A stretch of DNA of 64,000 bases. It comes from Azolla caroliniana. Lineage: Eukaryota > Plantae > Polypodiophyta. Of this stretch, positions 12,742-25,043 are shown piece by piece; positions within the stretch are counted from its first letter, which is position 1; every line of letters starts with the position of its first letter. The DNA is taken from assembly GCA_043228905.1 (NCBI GenBank), contig JBHGNT010000008.1:22010001-22074000 (forward strand), given 5' to 3'. The notes beneath the pieces were generated by a model. The model had not been told where the DNA came from. It saw nothing but the letters and a program-made list of their open reading frames with translations, and searched no databases. A program made the translations under genes and the position numbers.

Positions 12742-15269
12742 TTACTTCCTCCGTGGTGTCGGCTGTCTTTGTTCGTCCGGGGAGTGGGGTTGGGATTCCG
12801 CCTGGCCCACACCGTTCTCCGTGTGGTCTAACGATAGTGTGGGATTTTGTGGATGGAGCTCCTCTTGGGCAACGGTTTCGTTGTCTGGTACTGGGGGGGA
12901 CTCCGCTCGTCGGTCCGTGTTGTTCACCGTTGTTGTAATTTCTGGTGATCGGGTCTGAGGTTCCTCTTCTTCGGCCATGCCCGGTATTGGCGTCGCGTTG
13001 GATTCCTCATTTGTTCGTGTGTTGCCGGTTTGTGTGATCTGGTAAAATAGCCCCTCTTGGCTTTCACCAAATCATCTAAGAGCTGCGCGAGTTCTTCGGA
13101 ATGTTGGTCCGCTAGCGCATGATAGTCTTGTGCTAGGTCCTAGTGTACGGCCGCAATGCTCTCCTCATTTAGTTTATAGAAACCTCAGTCGTCTTTTCGT
13201 CGGTTCTCCCAGTCCGCACGATACGTGTGCAATTCCGCTGCTTGGGTTGCCCACGCCATCCATCCTTTGTCCAACGCCGTTTTCAATTGTGTTGTGAACC
13301 TCTCCCGATTTGTTTGGAGAGGGATACGCACGTTGTCTATGATGGCCTAGCAACGGTTGCGTGCATCCTCCATCGACTTCTGGAGGTTTGCAATTTCTTG
13401 CTGCCTAACCGTCGCCGCTTCTTCGTATGTGGTCTTTAGGCCCGCCCATAGCTGGGATTCCTTTGCGTGTTGTTCTTCTAATTTCCCCATTTCATTGTTT
13501 AGGCGGATTTCGAGCTGATGCCTTCTTTCCTGTTCGACCACCAGCTGCTCGTCGAACCATACCTTCTTTTTCTCTAATAAGGCCCGGAGTCCCGCGATTG
13601 CCGCCTCTGATTTCTTCGCTTCATCCCGTAATTGGGCATTTTCGTCTTTTGTCCGGATGTGCTGAGCTACCTCCGTAGCGAGTTTCTCTTCAAGGGTTTT
13701 TACTGCCTTCCGGCCGTTAGCCCGAATCTCCTTTTCTCTGTCTGAGGATTGGCGTAGTTCAGCTCGAAGGCAGTCAATTTCTGATTCCGCTAGTTGCACG
13801 GCCCTTTTCGCTTTTGAGGCAACGACGGTCTGAGCCTCAATTTCTTCCTTCAAAGTGTCGATGGCGTGGTTTGGTGGCGAAGTTGTGTGTTGCGCCGTAG
13901 TCGCGTTAGCTTCCAACTCCGCGATGCGTTCGTTGGCTTTTTGCAGCTCGGCTTGGGTCATTTTCACCTTCTTCTAGACATTCTTATTTTTAATGGCCAT
14001 CTCCTTGGCGCCCGTGCTGACCTTTGCCAGTTCCCTATGGACTTCGACTAGAGCCGTGTTTAGTGGGGGTAGCTCCATCCCCACCCGGCGTACCCCGGCA
14101 TTCCTCTGTCTGCCGACCCTGGCTAGCCGGTCCTCATTGTCACTCTCCGTCGTTTGTATTAAGGCGCGCTCAATCATCTTGCGCTCCGCGTGCTCCTCGG
14201 CCATTCATTGGGAAGCTTTTATCTGTTGTGTTGCCAGGAATTCCATGAGCTCAAAAGAGGTTCCGAACTGTACCAGGGCGCTGAACTCATGGGCCGTATC
14301 CAGGATATCTGGATATGCCAAAACCTCGCTTTCCGCCGTCAATACAACTTTCCCTCGTTGGGACTGGGTCGTAATGATCAGTTGTGGCTCTCGGATGATT
14401 TCGAAGGTGGTATTGGGCTCCGTAGCTGCGGAGCCATCCCCTTCGGTCATTGTCTCTGTCGTCGTGGGGACGTCTTTGACCAATCCCCGCCCATCTTTCC
14501 TATCCAATCTACACCGTTTCGGTCTGTGGCTATCCTGTCGTGTGTCGATGTCTGGCTCTGGGGCTGCTTCCACGGAACGTGTCGGTCGTTCCTCCTGCAT
14601 TGTCAGTGTGTCTGGCTGGGCAGGAGGTGTTGTCCGCGTGTCTGGTTGGGCGGGTTGGGGTTCCTCTTCCCACTCTAGGGCCCCTAACTCCGCTAACCTG
14701 CACTTCACGGATCGGGGCGGGGGCGTGGGTCGGCTGGGCTACGGTGTCGGCAGCCCTCGGGGTGGGAATAGTACCGTAAGGTACTGTTGTATGATCAGCC
14801 TGAGCTTTTCTCCTGCCTGATACACATGCATGCCTTCCCTTAACGCCGGCCCTGTGATGACCCCCCAATCGACCGCACACCCTTCAAAGGTATCGATAAT
14901 GATGCCCGCCTTCTGTTTGGGCATCCCATATGCGTTGACATGTACGCAACCGACCTCTAACAGGAACTTGGCAACTTCCCGGAAGAAGGGATCCCAGATC
15001 TATTTCGTTCTATAGGCCTTGGTGGAGGAGGAATAGGGCCCGAAATATCGTTGCAGCGCCTCTCCAGGAGGGATTTCGAAATGCCTTTTGCCTAGCGATG
15101 ACAAGTCCAACTTTTTCCGAATGGAAGAGTTGGTGACCAAGTCGATGTTAAGCTTCCTGGCAATGTCCATGGCATCCAGGTGTGGGGGTGCCTCTGCGAC
15201 CCGGATGTACCCATCCAAGCGTTCCTCCACGAGCCATCGGCACAAGGCAGTAGAGATGAAGATCGGCAT
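12742..15269 (-). pseudogene. B extra ORF (ORF3) downstream of pol, unknown function, decayed
   Basis: Fragments 15000-15560, 14739-14924, 14205-14708, 13974-14204, 13347-13967; N-terminal part aligns by eye with ORF3 of D; C-terminal part looks coiled-coil. Confidence 0.8.
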
Positions 15270-15612
15270 TGCCAGAGTAGGTTCATGGGAAGGAGACTGG
15301 TGGTTGCGGTGGGTTGGAGCTCTGTGATAGGATGGAGGAGGGGGAGGAGAGATGGGAGCGCTTATAGTTAGAAGGTGGGTTTCTGTTTTGTATAGAAGAT
15401 CTTCTATTTCCTTCTTTTTGTGGCTTAGGGTTCCTTGGGCGGTGAGCCATTGTGGTGCCGTGTGTTCTTGAACTAGGAGTCTGTGCATGCATTTAGTCCT
15501 TTTAATAGTGTCGTTATCTTCTCTTTCTTTCTTTTTTTTTTTTGTTTTTTTTTTTTTCATAACGGTTATATGCAGCCTATTTTTACATTATGGTACAAGT
15601 GGGGCCGTCCAT

Positions 15613-17560
15613 TTACGCCGCGGGTTCTCTGGCTCTGTCCTGTTTGGCGGTGAATGGGTTAGGTGGCGTAGAGCCCAGGTAAGGTTTAAGGCGAAACCCA
15701 TTCACCTTTTGCCGTACTACTTCCCCGGCGAGCGTACCTAGTTGGAAGGTGCCTTGTTCCGCTCCAATTATCCAGTATGGGCCTGTCCAGCGGAAGTGTA
15801 ACTTCCCTGGCATATGGCCTATGCGGGTTTAGAAAACCAGCACCGCTCGACCGACGACGAACTCCTTTTCCCTTGCGTTCCGATGTCGATCCACAAACGC
15901 TTTACGTCGTCGATGTTCCTGCTCCAACACAGCCATGTTGTGTACACGTTTTTCCCCGAGTTCAAGTAGCTGGTGGAGTCGTACCTCCTCCGACTTGGCT
16001 TCCGATAGTTAATCCCATACCTGAATCTGCAAACAGGGTACCTGAAATTCGACCAGCATCATAGCCTCCAGCCCAAACGCTAGTCGAAACGGTGTTGACT
16101 GTATGCTTATTTTGTAGTTGGTTCTGTACGCCCATAACGCACTCTGTAATTTGGTATCCCAGTCCGTTCTATTTTCACTGACGATTTTCTTCAAGATGGT
16201 CTGCAACATCTTGTTGGTGGATTCCGCTAACCCATTCGCCTGTGGATAATATGGCGTACTCTTCTTATGCACTACGGCGTAATGATGTGTTAGTTCCCGA
16301 ACCACCATATTGAGAAAGTGACTCCCCCGGTCACTGATGAGCTCAATCGGATAGCCGAACCGGCACCAGATGTGATCGTAAAGGAATCTGGCTGTGACGG
16401 CCGCCGTATTTTCTCGTAGTGCCTTTGCTTCTACCCACTTGGTGCAATAATCCGTAGCTACCAATATGTATTTATTGCCCGTACGGGCTACTGCCGGTGT
16501 GAAGGGGCCCACAAAATCCAATCCCCACTTTTGGAAGGGGTCTAGCGGTAATACAGGCTGGTGTGGAATCCTTGCACCCTCCGTGGGTTGGCCCATCCGT
16601 TGACACAAATCACACTTTCTACAATACTCGGATGTGTCGTTCTGCGTTGTTGGCCACCATAAGCTCGCCTGCCATATTTTCCGGGTTGTAACGTCGCCCG
16701 CATAATGGCCGCCTGCCGTGCTGTAGTGCACCTCCCATAAAACTGCTTCTTTCTCATCTTGACGTACCCCACATCGCCAAATGTCGTCACTTCCTTTGTG
16801 ATATAAAACTCATTCTACGAGGCAGAAGTTACAGCTTCGGACGGCTAGTCGTTTCTTCTCATCTGTGTGTAATTGAGGTGGAGGCAGTCCCGTAGACAAA
16901 AAGTATGTCATTTCCATAAGCCACCGGTCCGAAAAAGTTGATTCCGTTCTTTCTGCTAGTGCTGCTACCCGTAGGATGTCGGCGTCCGAAAAGTCATCGT
17001 CATCTTTCTGTACTGTTTCTCCATTCTCGACTCTGCTCAAAAAATCTGCCACTGCGTGTTGTGTCCCTGGTCGGTGCTGGATTACGAAATCGAATTCTTG
17101 AAGCAGCAGCATCCATCGCGCCAATTTCCCCGTCAGGGCTTGTTTCTCTACCAAATACAGCAATGCCGAATGATCCACGTGGAATGTGAACTTCCTCCCT
17201 AGTAAATAATGCTGGAATTTATTGATGCTATAGATCATCCCTAGCACCTCCCGCTCTGTTGTTGATAATTTGCAACTAGCGTAGTACACTGGCCGGTACC
17301 AGTTTGGCTCGTTGAGCTGCATTAGCGCACTTCCTATTGCAATGTCCGAGGCGTCGACGAACACGTCGAATGGCTTCGCCCAAACTGGTGGTTGTACGAC
17401 GGGGGCCTGTGTGAGCATTATCTTAAGTGCCTCATAGGCCTTGTCCTCCGTTGCAGTCCATTGGAAGGGAGTCCGATATACGCCAGCATGTAATGGCGTG
17501 GCGAAGTCCGCCAAATATCGTATCATCCGATTATGCCACCGTATTTGTCCTAAAAACCGG
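15613..17560 (-). pseudogene. B pol 3' part (RNaseH, integrase)
   Basis: VFVDASDIAIG, GGHYAG...CDLC, WGLDFVGPF, STPYYPQANG, WTGPY. Confidence 0.93.
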
Positions 17561-18212
17561 TGTCCGGGATACTACGCGCGTGCGTGGAGAAACGAGGCGG
17601 GACCACCGGGGTCTTGAACCGAAGAGCAGGTGATAGAAGGGGAAAGAGAAAGAGAGAGACGCCCGGTTGTGTATGAGCAAAGGAACACAGGGGCACGGCC
17701 CGTCAACGCAAAAGACACGAATGGAAACAGAGACAGAGAGACATGAATGTTTGTATATTAACGAATAACAAAATAAACAACAGAGCACGCGAGCGGTTAC
17801 AACCGAACAGGCCGGCGAACAGATGTCGATTCCTGTTCATCTGCGCACGAAAGGAGATAGGATGGAGTTGCTGCCGGAAGCACACGGGCGTTCCTCGAAG
17901 CAGCGCGAGCCTCCCGAAAACCTGCAGAGAAGAGCAATAGAGAACAAACAGAGGAGAAGCGTTCGGTTACGGCCCGACAGCACTTCGTCCTCCTCAATGC
18001 GCGATCCCTTTCTCCCCGCGTCTCCCTCTCCTTTATAGCTTCAAGAAGGGAGTCGTTTCCCTCATTAACTTCCTACCTACCGAATCTAACTACCTGGGAT
18101 ATACCTTTGTACCTAATCCTCTATTATATACATTAAAGGGCGCGAACGCGTGAAGAGCCGGTTCACGCGCGCTATGCACCGATTGCGCTAAGGGACGGTT
18201 TTCTTCACGCCA
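17561..18212 (-). repeat. C1 3' LTR
   Basis: Repeat of 24388-25039. Confidence 0.93.
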
Positions 18213-18717
18213 CCGGTCGAGTGATTTCGCGTTTGTCGGAGTTTTTGCTTGCGTAATCACGGAGATCTTGTTCGGATCGACCATTATTCCCTCCTTGCTA
18301 ACTATATGGCCCAGGAGAGTCCCGTTGGTCACCCGAAAGCACATTTCGCGGGATTCAGGCTTAAGCGTGCGGTGCGGCAACGTTCCAGGCACAGTTGTAG
18401 GTGCGTAAAATGGTCTATTACTTTCCCATATACCGCAAAGTCATCTAAAAAGACTTGCATGAACGCCGGAATGTATTCCCCAAATATCTCTGTAATTGTC
18501 CGTTGAAATGTTGTCTGCGCCGTCTTTAGCCTGAACATCATAACGACTGCCACATAGACTCCCCAATTTGTGACAAATGTCGTCTTTTCTTGGTCCTCGG
18601 GGTGCATGCGTACCTGGTTATACCCACTGAAGCCATCTAAAAAATTGTACACGCGTGAAGAGCCGGTTCATGCGCGCTATGCACCGATTGCGCTAAGGGA
18701 CGGTTTTCTTCACGACA
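18213..18717 (-). repeat. Duplicated B RT segment (copy of 25040-25478) plus a partial C1 LTR end
   Basis: 18213-18651 matches 25040-25478; 18651-18717 matches 18146-18212. Confidence 0.9.
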
Positions 18718-21700
18718 TCCGCCCCCACCTAACCGCGCATCCACCGGTATGCGCCAAAATTGGGTTCTGGTTGGAGAAAACCGGTCCGAGTTCCGGTTCT
18801 TCGTCCATCGGTTCGTCCTCCGTTTCGGACTGTTCGTCGTCGTTGTCCAGGCCCCTTAGATCCGGTTCGCCGTCGTGGCGCTTCTTGAACGCTTTGATCC
18901 GCTTCCTTGCCACCGGTATTGCCATCCTCGTACCGTCGAGTTCCGCCAGGTGATACGTCCCGTAGTCATTGGCGCTCGTTACCACGTAAGGCCCAAACCA
19001 CCACTTTGCAAACTTTCGTGTTGCCCGGTGCTGGTTGTCGAGGCTATTGTCGTAGACTAGCACCCAGTCGCCTTCCTCGATTTTCTTTGGTCAGAGCCGG
19101 TGCGTTCGATCGAACCGGGCTTTGTTCTTCATCCTCGCCGTCCGAAGTCTCTCCGCCGCTCGTTCCACGTCCTCTGGCCTCCGCTCGACCTGCCGTATAC
19201 GCGCCGCTAGCAGTTCTTCCCGACTCATCTCGTCTCTCCAATCCATTGTCGCCCAAGAGGAGATCGTCCGTTCCATCAGCATGATCGGCTTCTGTCCTAA
19301 TATGAGCTCTGACGGCATGAACCCGGTTACCGAACTGTGCGTTGTCCGGTCCGCTCACAAGGCATAAGGTAACAACCGTGGCCAGTTCCCGACCTGGCCT
19401 CCGCATGCCCGGACTAGCGCTTTGACGATCGGTCCGTGTCCGCGCTCCACCTTCCCGTTCGCCTCCGGATTGTACGCTATGGTGAGCGAGAGCTTGACCC
19501 CTAACCGGTCGAACAACTCCTCGGCCTCTTCGGCGTCCAACTCCCCGCACCCGTACCGGCATATCACGTCCTCGATCAGGAACCGACACACGGCCACGGT
19601 CGTTTTGTTATGCAGGGCTCGGCCTTCCACCTGGTTCGTCAGGTCCGCCCGGGCCAGCACCAGATATCGCATCTGCCCTACGCCCATCGGCATCGTCACC
19701 AAATCTACCATCCATTTGAAATGGATGGCCGGAGGGTAAGTAGGGTGAAGCTCGTCCCGATGTCGGACTATGGAGTGCATCTGACAGCTCTCACAAGTTG
19801 TCACGAACCGATGTACGTCCTGGTACAGCCCCGGCCACCAGTACTTCGGCAACTCCTCCTGTTCCTCCTCCAGCAACTCCTCCTGTTCCTCCTCCATCGT
19901 CACTACTCGGAGTGGGAAGTCGTTTCTCTTCTTCGGGTGCTTCCACAAGTATCCGTCCCGGAGAAAGAATCGGTATGCTTTCTTCCGGATCCGGTTGGCC
20001 TCGATCTTTGTCCATGACGCGTCCGGTGTCATCGTCCTTAAGAATCCCCCAATCTGCAGCCACTCCCCGTCGTACTTGCTCTCGTTAAAATCGTTAAGCG
20101 CCGGAGTGCTCCCCCCCTCGGTTGTTACGTAAGCCGCCTCGAAGAACTCCACGCCGACTTCCTCATCCTCCGAAACCATGCCGCCCTCGTCGTCGAATCG
20201 CGCCCTCGAAAGCATGTCGGCCATGGCATTGTCTTTCCCGAAAATGTGTCGTATTTCCGGATCCAGGGACTTGATGTACGCTATCCACCTGAGCATTGCC
20301 AGGTCCGGGGTTGCGCATCCGGAAACCATGCCGAGAATCGGCAGGCAGTCCGTCTCGATAATCACCTCTGTCCCGATCAAATAGTCTTTATCGGCCTTCA
20401 CCGCCGAAACGATACCCCTGAGTTCGCGTTTAACCTAGGCGTATCCTCGTTGTCGCTCGCTGAGGACCTTCGCGCCGAACCGGATTGGGAACCGAATGCC
20501 GTCCCCATCTTCTTGGTTGACGACCCATCCGATCCCGATCGGACTCGTATCTACCGTTATGTAGATGGGAGTGCCTTTCTCGTAGACAGCCTTCCAGAGT
20601 GCCGGAGCTGCAGCAAGAGCCTCCTTCATCTTTCGGACCGACTCCGCATGCTCGTCTCGCCACTTGAATTTTTGCCCCTTTTTCAGCAACCCGTATAGCT
20701 GCTCGGCAACGTGGGCGTAATGCGGGATCCATATGTGGTAGAAAGCGCATGCTCCCAAGAACCTCCGTACCTCCGTGACCGAGTTATAGTCGGGCTTCAT
20801 TGCGGAGATGGCTTCCACCTTAGCCGGAGACGGTTTCCGGCCATACGGTCCGCATAGATGTCCGACGACCATGATCTCTGATTGCCCTAAGGCTGATTTC
20901 TCCCCGGAAAAGGTGAGCCTCACGTCCTCTAGCCTCTGCAGCACCCTCTCGCAGTCGTCAATGTGTGTCGCCACAAATCTCCGACATCCGTCCGGTCCGA
21001 TCGTTTCGTCCTTTTCCTCCACTGGACATCCCTTGATCGGGATGTCGTCCAAGAATGGCATGGTGATGTCCGGGATACAATCCCTCAGCACGTTCATCGC
21101 ATTCACCATGTGGGCCACCGAGTTCGTTCCTCCTTGTGGCAGGGTACACATCCGCACTAGGCCGAGAGGAGTCCGCATCGTCGTAATGTCTCTACTCTCT
21201 ACGGCTAGTTGGAACTGATCGTACCCCGAGTACAGATCACCGACCGAGTAGATCGACCTTCCGGCGAAGGCCTCCGCGAACTCGTCTATCGTTGGTCCGA
21301 TTCCTGCGTTCCGAATGGTCACTCTGTTGACCGGTTGCAGGTCTTGAATGAAGCGCAACGTCCCGTTCTTCTTCGGTACGGTAAACCACCAGTTCGAGTA
21401 CGGGGCACTCGACGGTTCGAGGATGCCCATATCGACTTTCTGCCTTAACAGCTCCATCAGCTCCGGGATGTGAGCTCTCGGTACCCGAATTGGTTTGAGA
21501 TTCCACGGCACATGCGGTACCGTGAATATCACCATCGGCTTCACGATTGTCGGGTCTACGCACCCGATCTCTCCCGGTGAGAATGCGAAGGCTTTCCCGT
21601 GCCTTCCAAGCATTCTCCGAAACCGGTCTTCTTCCGCTGGCAGTAGGAACCCGCCCCCACCGATTTTGAGCTCCCGTAGCGTTCTGTCGATGAAGGTGTG

Positions 21701-24342
21701 TCCTATGCAGGCCGGATCACGTAAACTGGGGTCCAACGCGACCCCCTTGATTCGCAACTCACTGCCCTCCGGTAAGGGTGCCGCGACTGGCCTTACCTTC
21801 CGGTCCACAGTCTTGTACTTCGTGTTAACCCGGGCCGTCCGATCCGACTCGAGCCCCCGACTGAAGTCCGCGATGACTTCGTACATTTCTTCTGAACAAA
21901 CCGGTATCGTCCGGTCCTCTTTAAGGCCCTCTCCGACCACCTCTCGCAGTATTCCCAAGGTTTCATCGAAGGAGACCGCCTCCACGGCTCCATTGATTTC
22001 CTCGCTGGGCCCGAGAACTCCACACGCCCGAAGTCGCTCTTCCGCCCTTGTCTTTTCTCGGCCAACGACGCCAACGATTGTACACCCCCCGTTGTCGGAG
22101 AAACAAAACTTCCTACTTATGGTACAAGGTTTCTTCGGTTTCGCCTCTATCGTACATTTGTGGGGTTTTCTCGGAGTGTCCGGACTATCACGGCCCCACA
22201 CCTTGACAGCCCTCTCTAAAAATCCTCTCGGTTCTCGCCACCGAGGGACTCGCGGTTTCGCTCGTGGTTCAGTCGCACCGTTAGGAACTGGACCGAATGA
22301 CGCCCGTCCTGACTCTTGACCCTCGCGTAAGCCGACCCGTTGTCCAGCACCTTGGTCTCCATTCGCGTTGTCGTAATGTACGGTTCTCCCAGTATGACCG
22401 GGTGCGAGGATGTCTCCTACACAAAGAAGTGCTGGTTTATCTCGACGTCGCCGATCTTGACTCGCACGTTTGGGTAGGCCCCATGTAGTTCCTCGGTGGC
22501 GCGCGTTGCCGCCCGTATCTTCCACCCGTGCTTGGTGTTGATCGGCCATTTCCCCTTCTTGTAGAAGTCCATGGACATCAGGTTTATTTCCGAACCGTGG
22601 TCCACCAGCACAACCACCGGTTCCTGAACATCCTCGATCTTCACCGGGGTTTCCGTGGTCGCTCGGGCCCAGTGTGGCCTCGAATAGTGGCTCTCCGCCC
22701 ACTCATCTTCCAGCGCCATATCCTCTATGTGCGTCGTCCGCACCTCCATCGGCCTTTCCAGTTTCGCCTCCGTCGATAGCCTCTTCCTCTTCACCAAGTC
22801 TACGATGGAGTCGTGGAACTCCTTCTTGGCGATTCCGAGCACCTCTCGCAACGACAGTTCCACCTTGCTGTCGAGGATTCGTTCTTCTAGGACCTTTCGT
22901 AGGTACGTGGTCCTTTCGATCTCCGTGCCCAAACGGTATCCGCCCTTCTTGTGGTTATCCCGGGCACTGGTCTCACCGGCCTCGTTCCGTTTCGGACCGA
23001 ATCGGGTTTCGTATCTCTGTGAGGGTCCGGCCCCTCCGGTTTTACCTACCCGTTTGTCTTCAACCAAGGCCTCGTAGTTCTGGCAAGCTGCTTCCACGAA
23101 ACCCGTCTTTTCTTCGACCGGGTCACTCCACCCGGTTACCTCCTGGACCCACTTCTCCACGCGGTCCGCCTCGTCTTTCTTTAGTCGGGCACCGGCGAGG
23201 CCTTCCAGCACCGTCGGCCAGAACCTGGCTTTGCTCTCCTTCCGGGCCTCGCTGCCTCCGACTAAAATACCGGCTGACGCTGAGTAGTGGACGGTCTCCG
23301 CGTGCCGGGCCGCCGCCTCTTCCATCAGCCTTTTCATTCCTCCTCGCCCGTCGTTTCGGTTCAGGGCCCTCCGGGTATCGCTGGCGTGCACCCAACCTTC
23401 CCACAGGTACACTACCCGGCTTCTCAAAGCCTCCGCAAAGTCCCCGCAGTCTTTCCGGATGTGGTCGACCTTGTCGCACCACATTCACCTATTTCCTGCC
23501 GGAGGCCGTCGGTCACGAGCTTGTTCGCCGTCGTCCCTCCAAGCCTGGGCGATCTGGAGATCCTTTACCGCCCGTGTCAACTCCTCCAAAGTTGTTCCCC
23601 CGGACGAGCCTTTGACCACGCCGGTCGAAGCCGAACCGGTATCGAGCCACTCCCGAGTCTCTTCCCTTCGCGCCTGCAGTATCAGTTCGAGCTTCCTTGC
23701 TGCGACAGGACCCGCCTCGGTCGCCCCTGTATCAGCCCACTCCCACCGTTTGTCAAAACGGCCGCAGACTCTTTTTACCGCGGCCCAGTCAGCCGTCAGC
23801 CCGTCTTCGGTTTCCAGTATGGAGCCCACTTGCTCCCGATCCCATGCGTCAACCGATTTGACAAACAGTAGAACATGACTTGTGTCCAGAACGGTCCGAT
23901 CGAGCGTCGAAAGGCGCGCAAAGCGTTCCTCAAACTCCCAGAGGAGTACCGACGCATTTCTTCCTTTGTTGGGGGACTCCACCCACTCCATGAAGCCCTG
24001 CTTCGAAAGTCGAAGCGCGTCATCCAGCCCGTATTTCTCCAGGAGCCGTCCTTTGAACTCCTCCCAGGTCCGGCTCTCCACCCGGACCTCAAGCACCTCC
24101 GCATGGATGCCCGGCATCGCCACTCGAGGGAATCCGGCAAGACGCCTCTCTTCCGGAATATCCCTCATGAACATCTCCGCCCGGTAGGACGCCAAATAAC
24201 TCGTGGCATCCTTTCCACTGAACCGGCCGATCGTACCGACGATCGCCTCAATAGCCCTGTCAAGGGCGTCGGTGCCCTCGCGCGTGCTCACTGTCCGGTC
24301 CACGGCCGAAGCCATGGCCTCTGCAAGATCCGACCCCCTCAT
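18718..24342 (-). pseudogene. C1 gag-pol, decayed
   Basis: Gag 23485-24342, knuckle (C)MWCDKVDHIRKDC, protease VDHGSEINLM, RT DLYSGYDQF/LPQGGTNSV/PFLDDIPIKG, RH ITVDTSP, IN WMVDLVTMP/YNPEANGKVERGH; PPT GGTGGGGGCGGA at 18718-18729. Confidence 0.93.
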
Positions 24343-24366
24343 CTTCTGCTCCCCTGCCGCCTTGTT

Positions 24367-24383
24367 TCACGTCGGGTTCACCA
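24367..24383 (-). promoter_or_regulatory. PBS for tRNA-Trp (C1)
   Basis: Minus strand TGGTGAACCCGACGTGA, complementary to the plant tRNA-Trp 3' end as I recall it; identical in C2. Confidence 0.85.
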
Positions 24384-24387
24384 AATA

Positions 24388-25039
24388 TGTCCGGGATACT
24401 ACGCGCGTGCATGGAGAAACGAGGCGGGACTACCGGGGTCTTGAACCGAAGAGCAGGTGATAGAAAGGGAAAGAGAAAGAAAGAGACGCCCGGTTGCGTA
24501 TGAGCAAAGGAACACAGGGGCACGGCCCGTCAACACAGAAGACACGAATGGACACAGAGACAGAGAGACACGAATGTTTGTATATTAACGAATAACAAAA
24601 TAAACAACAGAGCACGCGAGCAGTTACAACCGAACAGGCCGGCGAACAGATGTCGATTCCTGTTCGTCTGCGCACGAAAGGAGATAGAATGGAGGTGCTG
24701 TCGGAAGCACACGGGCGTTCCTCGAAGCAGCACGAGCCTCCCGAAAACCTGCAGAGAAGAGCAATAGAGAACAAACAGAGGAGAAGCGTTCGATTACAGC
24801 CCGACAGCACTTCGTCCTCCTCAATGCGCGATCCCTTTCTCCCCGCGTCTCCCTCTCCTTTATAGCTTCAAGAAGGGAGTCGTTTCCCTCATTAACTTCC
24901 TACCTACCGAATCTAACTACTTGGGATATACCTTTGTACCTAATCCTCTATTATATACATTAAAGGACGCGCATGCGTGAAGAGCCGGTTCACGCGCGCT
25001 ATGCACCGATTGCGCTAAGGGACGGTTTTCTTCACGACA
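24388..25039 (-). repeat. C1 5' LTR
   Basis: TG...CA termini; adjacent to PBS. Confidence 0.93.
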
Positions 25040-25043
25040 CCAG

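Larger units (their letters stand above)
17561..25039 (-). mobile_element. Ty3/Gypsy element C1 (tRNA-Trp-primed, fungal-like pol), inserted in B pol
   Basis: LTRs 17561-18212 and 24388-25039; 4-bp TSD CCGG (17557-17560) vs CCAG (25040-25043, reading CCGG in the duplicated flank at 18213-18216). Confidence 0.92.

Noticed and set aside
13993-14820. 275-aa + strand ORF as an antisense gene
   Set aside because: Shadow of GC-rich ORF3 with no equivalent conserved in D
21495-23615. Long + strand ORFs opposite C1 gag-pol
   Set aside because: Antisense shadows; their recurrence in C2 follows from DNA similarity
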